From Candidatus Thorarchaeota archaeon (GTDB lineage Archaea; Asgardarchaeota; Thorarchaeia; Thorarchaeales; Thorarchaeaceae), in contig JBHIAE010000018.1 of the NCBI GenBank assembly GCA_046758445.1, positions 1-57,126 of the forward strand: a DNA stretch of 57,126 bases. Direction: 5' to 3'. Shown here one piece after another: positions 18,651-28,314 of this stretch. Below the pieces are notes generated by a model that searched no databases, was not told where the DNA came from, and saw only the letters and a list, made by a program, of their open reading frames with translations. The position numbers and the translations under genes were made by a program. Each line of letters begins with the position of its first letter. The stretch's first letter is position 1.

Positions 18651-19772
18651 CTATTCTTGTACTGAAAACATCGCAACGTCATCAATCAGATCATCCAGCT
18701 GGATGACCTCCAGGTCCGTTTCTCGCGCACAATAGCTCAGGTTCTTGTAGCATGAGATACATGTTGTTATGATACCTTCCACTTCGAGAGACTCAGCCTC
18801 AGCTACTCTCCTTCTCCCTACTGTTTCTGAGAGGTCCGGGTCTCTTACAGTGAGAAACCCTCCACAGCAATTTGAGTTTTCGCGATTAGCTGGCATTTCA
18901 ACCAACTCAAGTCCAGGGATGCTCCTGATGACCTCTCGCGGTGGCTCGTACATTCCGAGAGCACGCCCAAGATGACAACTGTCATGGAATGTATACCTGC
19001 CTGACTTCTCCTTGAATTGGAGTACGCCGGACTGGACCATATTTGCCAGTATCTCGACAGTGTGATGGACCGTTACGTCAAATCCGGGGATCAAGTGTGG
19101 ATAGTGCTCAATCAGAGTATCGTAACAGCCACCACATCCCGTAACAATATGTTTCACTCCGGCCTTCTTGAACAGCTCATAGTTCTTCCGTGCAATCAGT
19201 TCAAACCCCTTGTCATCACCGGCCCAATAGTTGAAGAGACCGCAGCAAAGTTCGCTGGGTACGTAGCCAGCCTCAATCTTGAGTTTCTGTAGCAACTCTA
19301 TGACTATCTCAGACAGGTCCGGAAACCAGTACGAACCCATGCATCCTGAGAACACTGCAATCTTGGACTCTGGTGGGAGGTGCAGGTCTTCGGCCCAATA
19401 TGTTCTCTCATCAGCATCATACCCAAGTAAGGGAGTCCCCTCCTTGGAAATCCAAGCCAAGACCTTTGTCAGGTTCTCTGACAACCCTCCACCAGTCTGC
19501 AGGAGTTCAGCCTTAGCGTCATGCCAAATCGCCGTGACCGGAACTCCAGCTGGGCATATCGCCTCACATCTCCGGCAATCGGCGCAGTAGAGCCTAGTCA
19601 AGAGCTCTTGGGGTGGGTTCCTCATCTTCTCTGCATAGACTCTCAGAGCCCTCAGTTTCCCGCCCGGACTGTCCAACTCGGAGCCAAGCTCTATGTACAT
19701 TGGACAAGTATCCCGGCAGTAGTTGCAGGATCCACAGTGGCGCATGATCTTGCTTTCAATATCGACTCTCAC
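18651..19772 (-). CDS. HdrD/GlpC-type CCG Fe-S protein
   Basis: CGSCNYCRDTCP, CADCRRCEAICP, CCG, CGGC, FHDSCHLGR, CCGG, CISC. Start trimmed to GTG 19772 after AAGGGAG. Confidence 0.88.
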   Translation of the reverse strand: MRVDIESKIMRHCGSCNYCRDTCPMYIELGSELDSPGGKLRALRVYAEKMRNPPQELLTRLYCADCRRCEAICPAGVPVTAIWHDAKAELLQTGGGLSENLTKVLAWISKEGTPLLGYDADERTYWAEDLHLPPESKIAVFSGCMGSYWFPDLSEIVIELLQKLKIEAGYVPSELCCGLFNYWAGDDKGFELIARKNYELFKKAGVKHIVTGCGGCYDTLIEHYPHLIPGFDVTVHHTVEILANMVQSGVLQFKEKSGRYTFHDSCHLGRALGMYEPPREVIRSIPGLELVEMPANRENSNCCGGFLTVRDPDLSETVGRRRVAEAESLEVEGIITTCISCYKNLSYCARETDLEVIQLDDLIDDVAMFSVQE

Positions 19773-19900
19773 AGTTTCACAACTCCCTTGCAGGTTATCT
19801 TGTTCAATCGATGGACTGTCCAACTTGACAATGGGTTCATTCTTCGAAGGAAACGAAACCCCACAAAAGCCTTTGCAGTCGAATCTGTAGTCATCTTCAT
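19769..19900 (-). CDS. Putative 43-aa small protein, translationally coupled at both ends
   Basis: ATGA overlap with the upstream stop and GTGA overlap with the downstream start; MKMTTDSTAKAFVGFRFLRRMNPLSSWTVHRLNKITCKGVVKL. Confidence 0.4.
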   Translation of the reverse strand: MKMTTDSTAKAFVGFRFLRRMNPLSSWTVHRLNKITCKGVVKL

Positions 19901-21369
19901 TCTTCACTCCTATCTCCCACATACCTCGACAGTCGGCGAATCGCCGCTGCCATCACGAACAGTAGGTTCATTCTAGCATATGATGTTATACAACTCGTTA
20001 CTCGGTCGGGATTCATGATGTTTTCCGGATCCCACTTGCTTTTTGCATCCTGCAACTGAAGCTGCCTTTCGGGGTATGCTCGTTTCATGTAGATGGAGTT
20101 CTGGAGCCCGATCGCGTAAGGACCTCCGCCTAGCGTAATCGACTTCTTCACCATCTTGTGAAGAATGCCTTTGCTAGCAATGAACTTGAGGTACTTGTCC
20201 GGATCCAACATGGCCATCAGCTCAATCCTCATCCAACCCGGAGTGCCGAGCATGCCGAACCATATCGCAGGCACCTTGTGCGATTTCTTGAAGGACTCGT
20301 ACTGTTTGAGAAGGTCGTAGACCTTGTCTACTTCTCCCCAGAGCTCCTGAAACATGAGGGTTTCGCAATGTTCCTTGGGATTGAACTCGCAGTCATAGCG
20401 GAGAGTCCACTCATGAGCAGCATACACGACGCCAAGGTCGGCGCCCCCGTTGTCAGCAATCACTCTCTTGAGCCCGTCGACCGGCACCAATTGAGAGTCG
20501 TGCACATACACGACAGTGAGGACAAACTTCCCCTTCTCCAGAGGATTACTGTAGCTCTGAAAGTCCTTGTCCGCAATCTTGAGGTAGACAGGTTTCTGAT
20601 CAAGCGCTGCAACGTGCCGCATCGCGTTGCAAAGATGCTCCAAGCGATCGAAGCTATAACTGAACGGGATGTAATCGTGGGGCTTCTTGTAGATTTTCAT
20701 TTTGACCTCAGAAATGACTCCGAGAATACCGTAGGATGCGACGAAAAGACCAACCTCGTTTCCATTGACCTTTGTCACTTCGCCATCAGCCTTCACGACT
20801 GTCAGTTCGGGCACGTTCTCGTAGAGGGTTCCATAGTGCGGAGTACCGATGCCGGCCCCTCCTCCACAGCCTATCCATCCGCCTATGACTGCTGACTTGG
20901 CACTCGATGGATAGATGCCTATCGTGAGTCGTTCCTTGCCGAGCTCTTTGTCCAGTCTATCGATTGGCACCCCTGGCTCAGTCCGAACGTACATATCTTG
21001 AGTGTTGACCTCTAGGATTTTGTCCATCCGCTTCAGGTCCAAAGATATACCACCTCTTGAAGGGCTTGAGGAACCCAAGCAACTGGAGGCGCCGCCTCTG
21101 GGTATCACTGGTATGTTTCGACTCGCTGCAATCTTAACCACTCCTTGGATTTCTTCTGTGGTCTTGACCCTCACGACATAGTCGACTAGATACTTGTGCT
21201 TCCATCGATAGTGGAAATGCGGCAACGCTGCAGGGTCTCCACTATACACTATTCTCTCAAGTTCCATGTCCGAAACACGTTCGGGCCCGACAACTTCTGC
21301 AAGCTCGCGCATGATGGGATCTTCATAAACTGGTGTTTCTACTTCCGTCTTCTCTTCAGTCACGAGCAT
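19897..21369 (-). CDS. FAD-binding oxidoreductase, GlcD fold (HYRWK subtype)
   Basis: Start trimmed to ATG 21369 (TGATG overlap). PVIPRGG, YPSSAKSAVIGGW, GILGVI, WDPENIMNPDR; close paralogue of 2905..4395. Confidence 0.85.
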   Translation of the reverse strand: MLVTEEKTEVETPVYEDPIMRELAEVVGPERVSDMELERIVYSGDPAALPHFHYRWKHKYLVDYVVRVKTTEEIQGVVKIAASRNIPVIPRGGASSCLGSSSPSRGGISLDLKRMDKILEVNTQDMYVRTEPGVPIDRLDKELGKERLTIGIYPSSAKSAVIGGWIGCGGGAGIGTPHYGTLYENVPELTVVKADGEVTKVNGNEVGLFVASYGILGVISEVKMKIYKKPHDYIPFSYSFDRLEHLCNAMRHVAALDQKPVYLKIADKDFQSYSNPLEKGKFVLTVVYVHDSQLVPVDGLKRVIADNGGADLGVVYAAHEWTLRYDCEFNPKEHCETLMFQELWGEVDKVYDLLKQYESFKKSHKVPAIWFGMLGTPGWMRIELMAMLDPDKYLKFIASKGILHKMVKKSITLGGGPYAIGLQNSIYMKRAYPERQLQLQDAKSKWDPENIMNPDRVTSCITSYARMNLLFVMAAAIRRLSRYVGDRSEE

Positions 21370-22607
21370 CACATCCCAAATCCAACAACGTTCAGATACA
21401 TTCCGGTGAACCCAAGGACTGTCCAGATAATCACAGCTGGCAGCCCAAGATTGCATGTCTTCCACCCAGCAAGGTGTGTGATGAACGCCAAGGTGCCGAG
21501 GATCATGCTGATGATTCCGAGCCAGATGTGCCATGAGTGTATGAAGGTCCCAATGCGCAGCAAGTCAAATTGAATCAGATAGACCGGGTCGAGAGCAGTC
21601 CAAGCACTGGGACTTGCGGTGACTAGTGCAATCACATTGATTGATGTCAGGATGTACGCAAGGCTGAGCATGATTCCGTGGACCCTTGTGAACTTCTCCT
21701 CGTCATAGTATTCCAGTGCTGTGCCCAAGTACGCGAGAACGAGCGCTGGCGCTCCTAGATACCATCCGAAGTGCCACTGAGGAGGAGGTGGAGGTGGGCG
21801 TTTTGGGAAGTCTCCAACCCTATAAGCTAGAACTCCAGCAACGCTCCAGATGCCATCCACATCCAGAGCTACAATCCGATAAGTGACATAAGTGTCGTCA
21901 GGCTGGGCAGGAATTGTACCTTGATAGAGTTGACCCACAAGAGTCATGGTGACATTATTCCAGGTCGAATTGTCTGTGCTGTATTGAAGGGTGACTTCTG
22001 TGATTGCAACCCTTGAAGTGACATTCGCCGTGACAATGACACTCTCTTCTTCCGTAGGAATGCCTGGAGTTCCATTTACATCCGTTATTGATGGTCCAGG
22101 TCCCACCTGAATCACATTCACTGTTATCGAGGTATTCGTGCCGATATTTCCACCCGCCCCGACGGCGTAAAGTTTCAAGGTGTATGTACCGGCTATGACC
22201 GGCGCAACAATGCTGTAGTCAACTTCAATCTGAAGAGGGTCTGTATCCAGATCTGCACTATCACCATCGCGCACGAAGCCGCTCGCATCGAGCCCCACAT
22301 AGGTGAAATCATTGTTGTCTGACACCTGGGTCGGGAACTTCACAACCAGAGTCGAGGGACCTCCTGTAGCGTCCACCTGCACATTCAGTGGAAACGTTGC
22401 GCCGGGTTCCGTGTCTATGGTGGTTACTGTATTGATCACTATCGTACTTGGATTACCATGACAAGGAGTGCAGTCAGTCTGAAGAGCGGAGTCTCCAACA
22501 ACAAACTGAGAAGCTGTAATAATAAAGAGGGCGCCACAAACAACGACAAAGATTCCTATTCGAACTCTAGCTCTCAACGCTTTCACCCTAAGAAGTACTC
22601 TAGGCAT
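21369..22607 (-). CDS. Monoheme c (CTPCH) beta-sandwich + Ig-like domain fused to a 4-TM cytochrome-b-like domain
   Basis: Signal peptide, CTPCH, two beta-rich domains, poly-Pro linker, four TM helices with WH, HG and HSWH. Start ATG 22607 or TTG 22577. Confidence 0.7.
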   Translation of the reverse strand: MPRVLLRVKALRARVRIGIFVVVCGALFIITASQFVVGDSALQTDCTPCHGNPSTIVINTVTTIDTEPGATFPLNVQVDATGGPSTLVVKFPTQVSDNNDFTYVGLDASGFVRDGDSADLDTDPLQIEVDYSIVAPVIAGTYTLKLYAVGAGGNIGTNTSITVNVIQVGPGPSITDVNGTPGIPTEEESVIVTANVTSRVAITEVTLQYSTDNSTWNNVTMTLVGQLYQGTIPAQPDDTYVTYRIVALDVDGIWSVAGVLAYRVGDFPKRPPPPPPQWHFGWYLGAPALVLAYLGTALEYYDEEKFTRVHGIMLSLAYILTSINVIALVTASPSAWTALDPVYLIQFDLLRIGTFIHSWHIWLGIISMILGTLAFITHLAGWKTCNLGLPAVIIWTVLGFTGMYLNVVGFGM

Positions 22608-22796
22608 GCCTCCAAACAGCAAGAGCTGAGCGCAACTGTCCGCCTTTAAAGTCTTACCAGCGCAGCCGACAATATCGGCATCTGTGACCTCTCTAGTTTC
22701 AAGAAGGTGCTTCAAATCACGGAATTGTTCCGTTCAGAAACCACTCAGAACTCTTTTGATTTCAAGGGATGCAATGATTCCCGAGTGTCAGGCTCT

Positions 22797-23282
22797 TCAG
22801 AACTCGGGGTTCTCCCATCTAAAGAACTGAGTTCCCCGCCAGTATGAGATTACGCGAGGTGTGACTCTAATCGCTATTCTGTTTCCCAGCGGGTAGCCAG
22901 CCCCAAGGAAACTGATGTATTTCTCGAGATAGTCGAGAGTGATCATCTCATCCAGTAGTTCCATCTCGACCATCATTGCTCTGCCCTGTATCATCACTCC
23001 TCGATTGTCCCCGGGCGAGATTGCATTCCTCTCGTCTACAGTCACGCATACCTTCGTGTTCTTTCTGATGTTCGAGATCTTGTGGCTGCCTTTTGTCGTA
23101 ATCATGTAGATTGACTTTGATTCATCGTGCCACAGGTAGAACATTGCGGTCAAGTGAGGGCTACATCCCGATTCGGACGTTCCGAGGTATGAGAAGAAAC
23201 ATGACTTCAGGATTCTCAGCGCCTCTTCCGGAATCTCTTTTGTCTTGCTGACATGTGCCTTGTGTATATTCGCGAGAAACAT
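22797..23282 (-). CDS. Pyridoxamine 5'-phosphate oxidase-like (split-barrel) protein
   Basis: PHLTAMFY, S.KISNIRKN.KVCVTVD, RGVMIQGRA, IRVTP...SYW. Confidence 0.8.
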   Translation of the reverse strand: MFLANIHKAHVSKTKEIPEEALRILKSCFFSYLGTSESGCSPHLTAMFYLWHDESKSIYMITTKGSHKISNIRKNTKVCVTVDERNAISPGDNRGVMIQGRAMMVEMELLDEMITLDYLEKYISFLGAGYPLGNRIAIRVTPRVISYWRGTQFFRWENPEF

Positions 23283-23285
23283 CCT

Positions 23286-24548
23286 TCACACTCTCAGGAC
23301 TTGTGGTTTTGCCTCTCTCCAGTATGTGATTCTCTCCGGCTCAACCCTGACCATAACGCGTGAAACGAAAGGCTTGTTCTGCCAGGCCAGTGGCAGATCA
23401 CTCACTTGAGTGTCGTAGTACTTCATATAACGCGGGAACTTTCTGGCAAAGAGAGATCTGACCCTCAGCATCCAGAGACCATATAGGTATAGCTTCAGCA
23501 GACCCATAGGACTAATCTCGCCAAGGATTATTGCGTTGCCTCTTAACATCACTGCGCGGTTGTTCATTCTATTCTCCCTGTCTCTCATATCAACCAGAAC
23601 TGCTATCTTTGGATTGCTCTGGATCTTTCGATATTTGGCTGATGCAAGTGATATTCCAAAGTAGAGATACTTTCCATCATAGACGAAGATCACGGGTGTC
23701 ACGTGTGACTGTTCTTTCTCGCACAAAGCGACATATGCGAACCTCTCACGGTAGAGGATACTCTCCACATCGGGAGGGAACCAGGGAACCGTTTCCATGG
23801 CCATCAAGCTGATTGCTGAGAGGACAAGTACCGCACCAAGAAAAGCTCCAAGTCCATAGAGCAGAATTGGAGTAATGCTGACCAACGGAAACAGCAAGAC
23901 CGCTGACGCGGCCCAATAGAGGTTTACTGAGTCGAGGGATTTCAGCGTCCGGACTTCAGAGTATGCAGTGTACTCAAGACCTCTTCTCCTTCTGGCAGCA
24001 CGACTCAATTCAATAGACCGCTTGGCTGCAAAGAATGTCGTGACAAGAGAGAGTCCAATTCGATAGCAGACATCCCAAGCCAGAACTGCCAGAAGGATCG
24101 TCAGTAGAGGATTTCCAAACCCGTCACCGAGCAATGGCTCGAGGATGCCAGCGTTCAACATTAGATAGCCAGAAACCCCAGAGAAGCATACAATTCCTGC
24201 AGCAAGCTCATACTTGCGGTCTAATAGTAGCCGTTTCTTGTATGCCCGCAGAACCTGCTGTTCCTGCTCATTCGTGGGGTTTCTTAGTCGCCTCAGCCAA
24301 GGAATCACGTAGAGGCACCCTGCTGACCACACCACTGTGTAAAGAATTGCCAGCGTGCCGTAGACAGCTGACTCAGTCGGCATCTCGAAGTAGAGGAATG
24401 CAGCTATGCCAACCGCTTCAACGAGTAGCAGCTGTGCCACAACGTCAAAGATGGGCGGGAACCATCGGAAGGGAGGGACCTTCTCCAGAATCTCCTCATA
24501 TATCCATTTTCGGCTACTGTAGCGTCTTGCGTCATTCGTTGTTGGCAC
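23286..24548 (-). CDS. Polytopic membrane domain fused to a PNPOx-like split-barrel domain
   Basis: About six TM helices, then SHVTPVIFVYD...SAKYRKIQSNPKIAVLVD...RAVMLRGNA...VRVEP.RI.YW. Confidence 0.75.
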   Translation of the reverse strand: MPTTNDARRYSSRKWIYEEILEKVPPFRWFPPIFDVVAQLLLVEAVGIAAFLYFEMPTESAVYGTLAILYTVVWSAGCLYVIPWLRRLRNPTNEQEQQVLRAYKKRLLLDRKYELAAGIVCFSGVSGYLMLNAGILEPLLGDGFGNPLLTILLAVLAWDVCYRIGLSLVTTFFAAKRSIELSRAARRRRGLEYTAYSEVRTLKSLDSVNLYWAASAVLLFPLVSITPILLYGLGAFLGAVLVLSAISLMAMETVPWFPPDVESILYRERFAYVALCEKEQSHVTPVIFVYDGKYLYFGISLASAKYRKIQSNPKIAVLVDMRDRENRMNNRAVMLRGNAIILGEISPMGLLKLYLYGLWMLRVRSLFARKFPRYMKYYDTQVSDLPLAWQNKPFVSRVMVRVEPERITYWREAKPQVLRV

Positions 24549-24654
24549 TTGAAGACGGGAGTCATTCCATCTTATTTGCGTATCGAAACCTACAATGCAG
24601 TGTAGCTTTGAGTCCGTATCTTATCCAGAATCCGAAAGGTTCTGAAATGTGATA

Positions 24655-25878
24655 TTACCCGTAGATCTCATCCAAGCCGTCCCATGTGTAGCCAAGCGCC
24701 TCAGCTACTAGTACTGCGAGGTCCTTCACGACCTTGCTTGAGCCTGCTTGAGGGAGCTGGTCTCTCATGAAGTCAACGCAGGACGGGCATGCTGTTGCAA
24801 CGAGGTGCGCGTTTGTCTGCTCGATATCCTGTACCTTGAGCTCGTTTATCTGCATGGCAAAGTGGGAGTCGACTGGACGCAATACTCCTCCGGAACCACA
24901 GCAGAACGAGTTGTTCCTGTTGTGGGGTAGTTCCTCAAACTCAATGCCTGGCAGACTCTCGAGCACCTTCCTTGGCTGCTCGTAGAAGCCTGCATTTCGG
25001 CCAGCATCACAGCCATCATGAAATGTCACCGGCGTATCAATGGACTTTGTGAACTCCAGTCTACCTTCATCAATCAGCTCTTCAAAGAACTCTGGACCAT
25101 AGAGAATCTCGAATGGTGGGTCGATCTCAAGAAACTCGTGGTACTCATGGGCCCACATTTTGTAACAACCGGGACAGTTGGTGACTACTCTCTCAACACC
25201 AAGCTCTTCGTATTTCTCGATGTTGTGTTCAGCGAATTGGCGAGCTGTAGAGAAGTCGCCAGTCATGATCATGGGTGCTCCACAACACCATTCATCCTCT
25301 CCTAAGAGGGTGTAAGACTCGCCGGCCTTATCCATGATTAGAGTCGTTGCAATGGTTGCCTGGATCGAAGATCCTCTAAACGAGGATGTACACCCAACGA
25401 AGAAGGCAGTCTTTGCTTTCTGCCCCATCGTGTCAAGGAGTGCGTCCTCATCGGGGTGCCAGTAGGACCAACCTTCAATTCTGTCCATCTGAGATTGGCC
25501 GAGAATATTGAAGCTCTTGAGCAGAGTGTCCTTGGCCATTTGAAGCGGCTCTGGCCACAATCCTCGCTTCAAGAAGTCTGCTCGTAGAAGCTGGTAGACT
25601 TTCACAAATGGAATGTCAACTTGGCATATCTCTTCGCAACCACCACACAGAGTGCAACCAAAGACCGCGTTTCTCAGTCCTTCGAGTCCTTCACTGGCCT
25701 TAAGCCGGCCTTGCATCAAGGTCCGGGCTATCACCATTTTGCCCTTTCCTGAATAGCTGTCCCTGCGTTTCACCTTGTAGGTCGGACACGCACCATTCCC
25801 TACTTGACAGAAGCTACATTGGGCGCAAGTATAGGGCATTTCTTGTAGTCCATGCATCTCGAGACTCTCGAATCTCAT
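24655..25878 (-). CDS. HdrD/GlpC-type CCG Fe-S protein (no adjacent FAD partner)
   Basis: CAQCSFC......CP, CTLCGGCEEIC, FVGC, CCGAP, CPGC, FHDGC, CCGSGG, ACPSC. Start trimmed to ATG 25878. Confidence 0.9.
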   Translation of the reverse strand: MRFESLEMHGLQEMPYTCAQCSFCQVGNGACPTYKVKRRDSYSGKGKMVIARTLMQGRLKASEGLEGLRNAVFGCTLCGGCEEICQVDIPFVKVYQLLRADFLKRGLWPEPLQMAKDTLLKSFNILGQSQMDRIEGWSYWHPDEDALLDTMGQKAKTAFFVGCTSSFRGSSIQATIATTLIMDKAGESYTLLGEDEWCCGAPMIMTGDFSTARQFAEHNIEKYEELGVERVVTNCPGCYKMWAHEYHEFLEIDPPFEILYGPEFFEELIDEGRLEFTKSIDTPVTFHDGCDAGRNAGFYEQPRKVLESLPGIEFEELPHNRNNSFCCGSGGVLRPVDSHFAMQINELKVQDIEQTNAHLVATACPSCVDFMRDQLPQAGSSKVVKDLAVLVAEALGYTWDGLDEIYG

Positions 25879-26001
25879 GCTATCTTGCCTCAGAGGTGGT
25901 TCCAACGAGCGAGCTTGTCCGATGCAAACAAGCACTAATACTTTTGCTCTTGTCCGTTATTTCGAAGCAGTTGTCCGTCCGGCTGACTGATGCTATCACA
26001 C

Positions 26002-28314
26002 TCATTCTTCTCTTCGTCTGATTGCTTCAAACACCACGACGATTACGATCACAGACCCTGTCCAGGACAGAGCAATCGTCAGAATGGAACTCACGACGTA
26101 GTCGGGACCCGTGATTGGTCCTGGAGTCGTTGTGCCGGTTGTGGTAGTCGTCGTCGTGGTCGTAGTACTCGTTGTGGTTGTGGTGCCAGTTGTTGAAGCT
26201 GAAACAATCACATCAACTTGGTCAGATGCGCTGTTGCTTCCCACGTCAGTGACAAGTAAAGTGTAATTGTGCGTTCCTAGAGAGAGTCCATCTACATTTA
26301 GTGTGATGGTTTCCGATGTGTCATTCCAAGATCCTGATGCGATGACTTGAGCGTCGATGAAGACAACGTAGGAAGAAGGATGCAAGTCCGAAGGATTCCA
26401 AGTGATTGAGTTGCCCGTTTGCCCCTCGTTATACGAAACATCGAGAGGACTGTCCAAAACTGAAGGTGTTCCGTCGACCACTGTGACAAACACAGTGTCA
26501 CTGACTGAATTGGATCCCACATCATAGACGATCGATGTAAAGTTGTAGATGCCTAGGATCAGTCCATCCAATGAAACTGAGATTGTTTCTAGACTCGAGT
26601 TCCACGCGCCCGAACGAACGGGCGAACCATCCCTATAGATGATGTAGCTACTTGGATTGAGATCAGAAGGGTTCCAGCTGATTGTGCTCGAGGTTGTGCC
26701 CTCATCGAGAACGACATCAGTAGGACTGTCAATCGTAGGCGCCGTACCATCGTAGACATCCACCCAAACGGTGTCGACAGCGGTATTGGATCCAACGTCG
26801 GCAACCTCGATGGTGTAGTTGTAGGAGCCAAGTCCAAGGCCATCAACAGAAATCGATATGGTTTCGGAAGTGTCATTCCAGAGTCCGCTCTTTACAGGTG
26901 TGCCATCTCTGTAGATGACATAGCTTGATGGATGTGCATCTGCAGGGTCCCACGTAATTGAGTATCCAGTGTTTCCTTCTGCATAGGTAACGTTGGACGG
27001 GCTGTCAACTGTTGGCGGCGTGGCATCGTATAAAATCACCAAGACCATATCGCTCGCAGAGTTGCCGCCCACGTCCGCAACCTCGACTGTGAAGTTGTAT
27101 GTGCCGACTGACAGACCGTCGACTGAAACTGTGATGGTTTCTGAGCTGGAGTTCCATGCTCCTGACTTGTAAGGTGATTCCTCCATGTATACGACATAGC
27201 TGGAAGGATGGAGGTCGGAGGGGTTCCATGAGATACTGTTTCCAGTCTGTCCTTCGTTGTACTCAACATCTGCGGGACTATCAACAGTCGGTGCCGTGCC
27301 ATCAGACACTGTGACCCAGACCGTATCAGTAGCAGTGTTTGAGCCAACATCTGTGACCAGGATTGTGTAGTTGTATGTGCCCAGGGAAAGACCATCTACA
27401 GTCACTGAGATGGTTTCCAATGTATCGTTCCAGGTTCCAGATTTGATTGGGGTGCCATCTCTGTAGAGAACATAGCTCGAAGGGTGTAGATCTGTGGGGT
27501 CCCACACAATCGAGTTTCCAGTAGTCCCCTCACTATATGGAACGTCACTAGGGCTGTCAAGTACAGGTGCAGTACCATCGTAGACGCTAACATCAACCTC
27601 GTCGGTAGCGCTATTGCTCGCATCATCCCAGACAATGAGAGTCAGGTTATGGAAACCAAGCGTGAGTGTGCCAAGCGTCACCGAGATTGGTGAACCATCC
27701 CAAGTACCGCTCTGCCAAGACACCCCATTGTCGAATACCTCGTAGCTGTTGGGATTTGCATCGGCAGGATTCCATGTCACACTGGCAGTAGCGTTCTCTT
27801 CTGAAATGGTCTGGTCTAGGGGGCTATCTATCGTGGGGGGAGTTGTGTCGGATGATGTTACGGATACTGATATGTCCAAGGCCTTGGACAGATCTCCCTT
27901 CCCAGCAGTATAGATACGAATTGTCCACGATCCCACGGATTGCGGCGTGAATGAGAGTGAAGCCCTCACTTCATCTGTCGTCGGGTTTAGGTCCGAGCCG
28001 CTACCATCCATTACCTCTGTTGGAGTGAATGAGAACTGATTGTTGTCAGCCCAACCTGCTTGAACGCTGATAGCAACCTTGTTGTCACCCCGAGAATAGC
28101 CTGTCGAATCAACAATAAGCGTAAACGGTTTCCCCGTGACTGCGTTTACCGTACCTGTAGCATTGGAAGTGAGTATGAGGACGTTTGTGGTAGTGTGACA
28201 GATTCCACACTCTGAGGTTTCGCCTGAGTGCGCCAGTGCCAGGCTTGCTCCGGCAAATAGAACCACACAGACGATCAGGGAGAGTGCTATACCGTGTTTC
28301 TGTGTCGACCTCAC
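26002..28314 (-). CDS. Cell-surface monoheme c-type cytochrome with six tandem Ig-like repeats and C-terminal TM anchor
   Basis: Signal peptide, CGICH, beta domain homologous to 11344..11934, six ~90-92-aa repeats, poly-Thr linker, TM helix plus RRR. Confidence 0.8.
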   Translation of the reverse strand: MRSTQKHGIALSLIVCVVLFAGASLALAHSGETSECGICHTTTNVLILTSNATGTVNAVTGKPFTLIVDSTGYSRGDNKVAISVQAGWADNNQFSFTPTEVMDGSGSDLNPTTDEVRASLSFTPQSVGSWTIRIYTAGKGDLSKALDISVSVTSSDTTPPTIDSPLDQTISEENATASVTWNPADANPNSYEVFDNGVSWQSGTWDGSPISVTLGTLTLGFHNLTLIVWDDASNSATDEVDVSVYDGTAPVLDSPSDVPYSEGTTGNSIVWDPTDLHPSSYVLYRDGTPIKSGTWNDTLETISVTVDGLSLGTYNYTILVTDVGSNTATDTVWVTVSDGTAPTVDSPADVEYNEGQTGNSISWNPSDLHPSSYVVYMEESPYKSGAWNSSSETITVSVDGLSVGTYNFTVEVADVGGNSASDMVLVILYDATPPTVDSPSNVTYAEGNTGYSITWDPADAHPSSYVIYRDGTPVKSGLWNDTSETISISVDGLGLGSYNYTIEVADVGSNTAVDTVWVDVYDGTAPTIDSPTDVVLDEGTTSSTISWNPSDLNPSSYIIYRDGSPVRSGAWNSSLETISVSLDGLILGIYNFTSIVYDVGSNSVSDTVFVTVVDGTPSVLDSPLDVSYNEGQTGNSITWNPSDLHPSSYVVFIDAQVIASGSWNDTSETITLNVDGLSLGTHNYTLLVTDVGSNSASDQVDVIVSASTTGTTTTTSTTTTTTTTTTGTTTPGPITGPDYVVSSILTIALSWTGSVIVIVVVFEAIRRREE
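26200..27849 (-). repeat. Six intragenic tandem repeats of ~270-276 nt (Ig-like domains)
   Basis: Consensus D.T.P..DSP.DV.Y.EG.TG.SI.W.P.D.HPSSY..Y.DG....SG.WN...ETI...VDGL..G.YN.T..V.DVGSN...D.V.V occurs six times. Confidence 0.9.

Noticed and set aside
20158-20895. 245-aa plus-strand ORF
   Set aside because: Antisense shadow of the FAD oxidoreductase with no motifs.
1690-25878. Selenocysteine (in-frame TGA) in the CCG/Fe-S proteins
   Set aside because: All five ORFs are full-length with their Cys motifs intact; no interrupted frame needing recoding was seen.
26200-27849. CRISPR array or mobile repeat
   Set aside because: The repeats are long, degenerate at the DNA level, in frame and encode protein domains; no short identical repeats with spacers.
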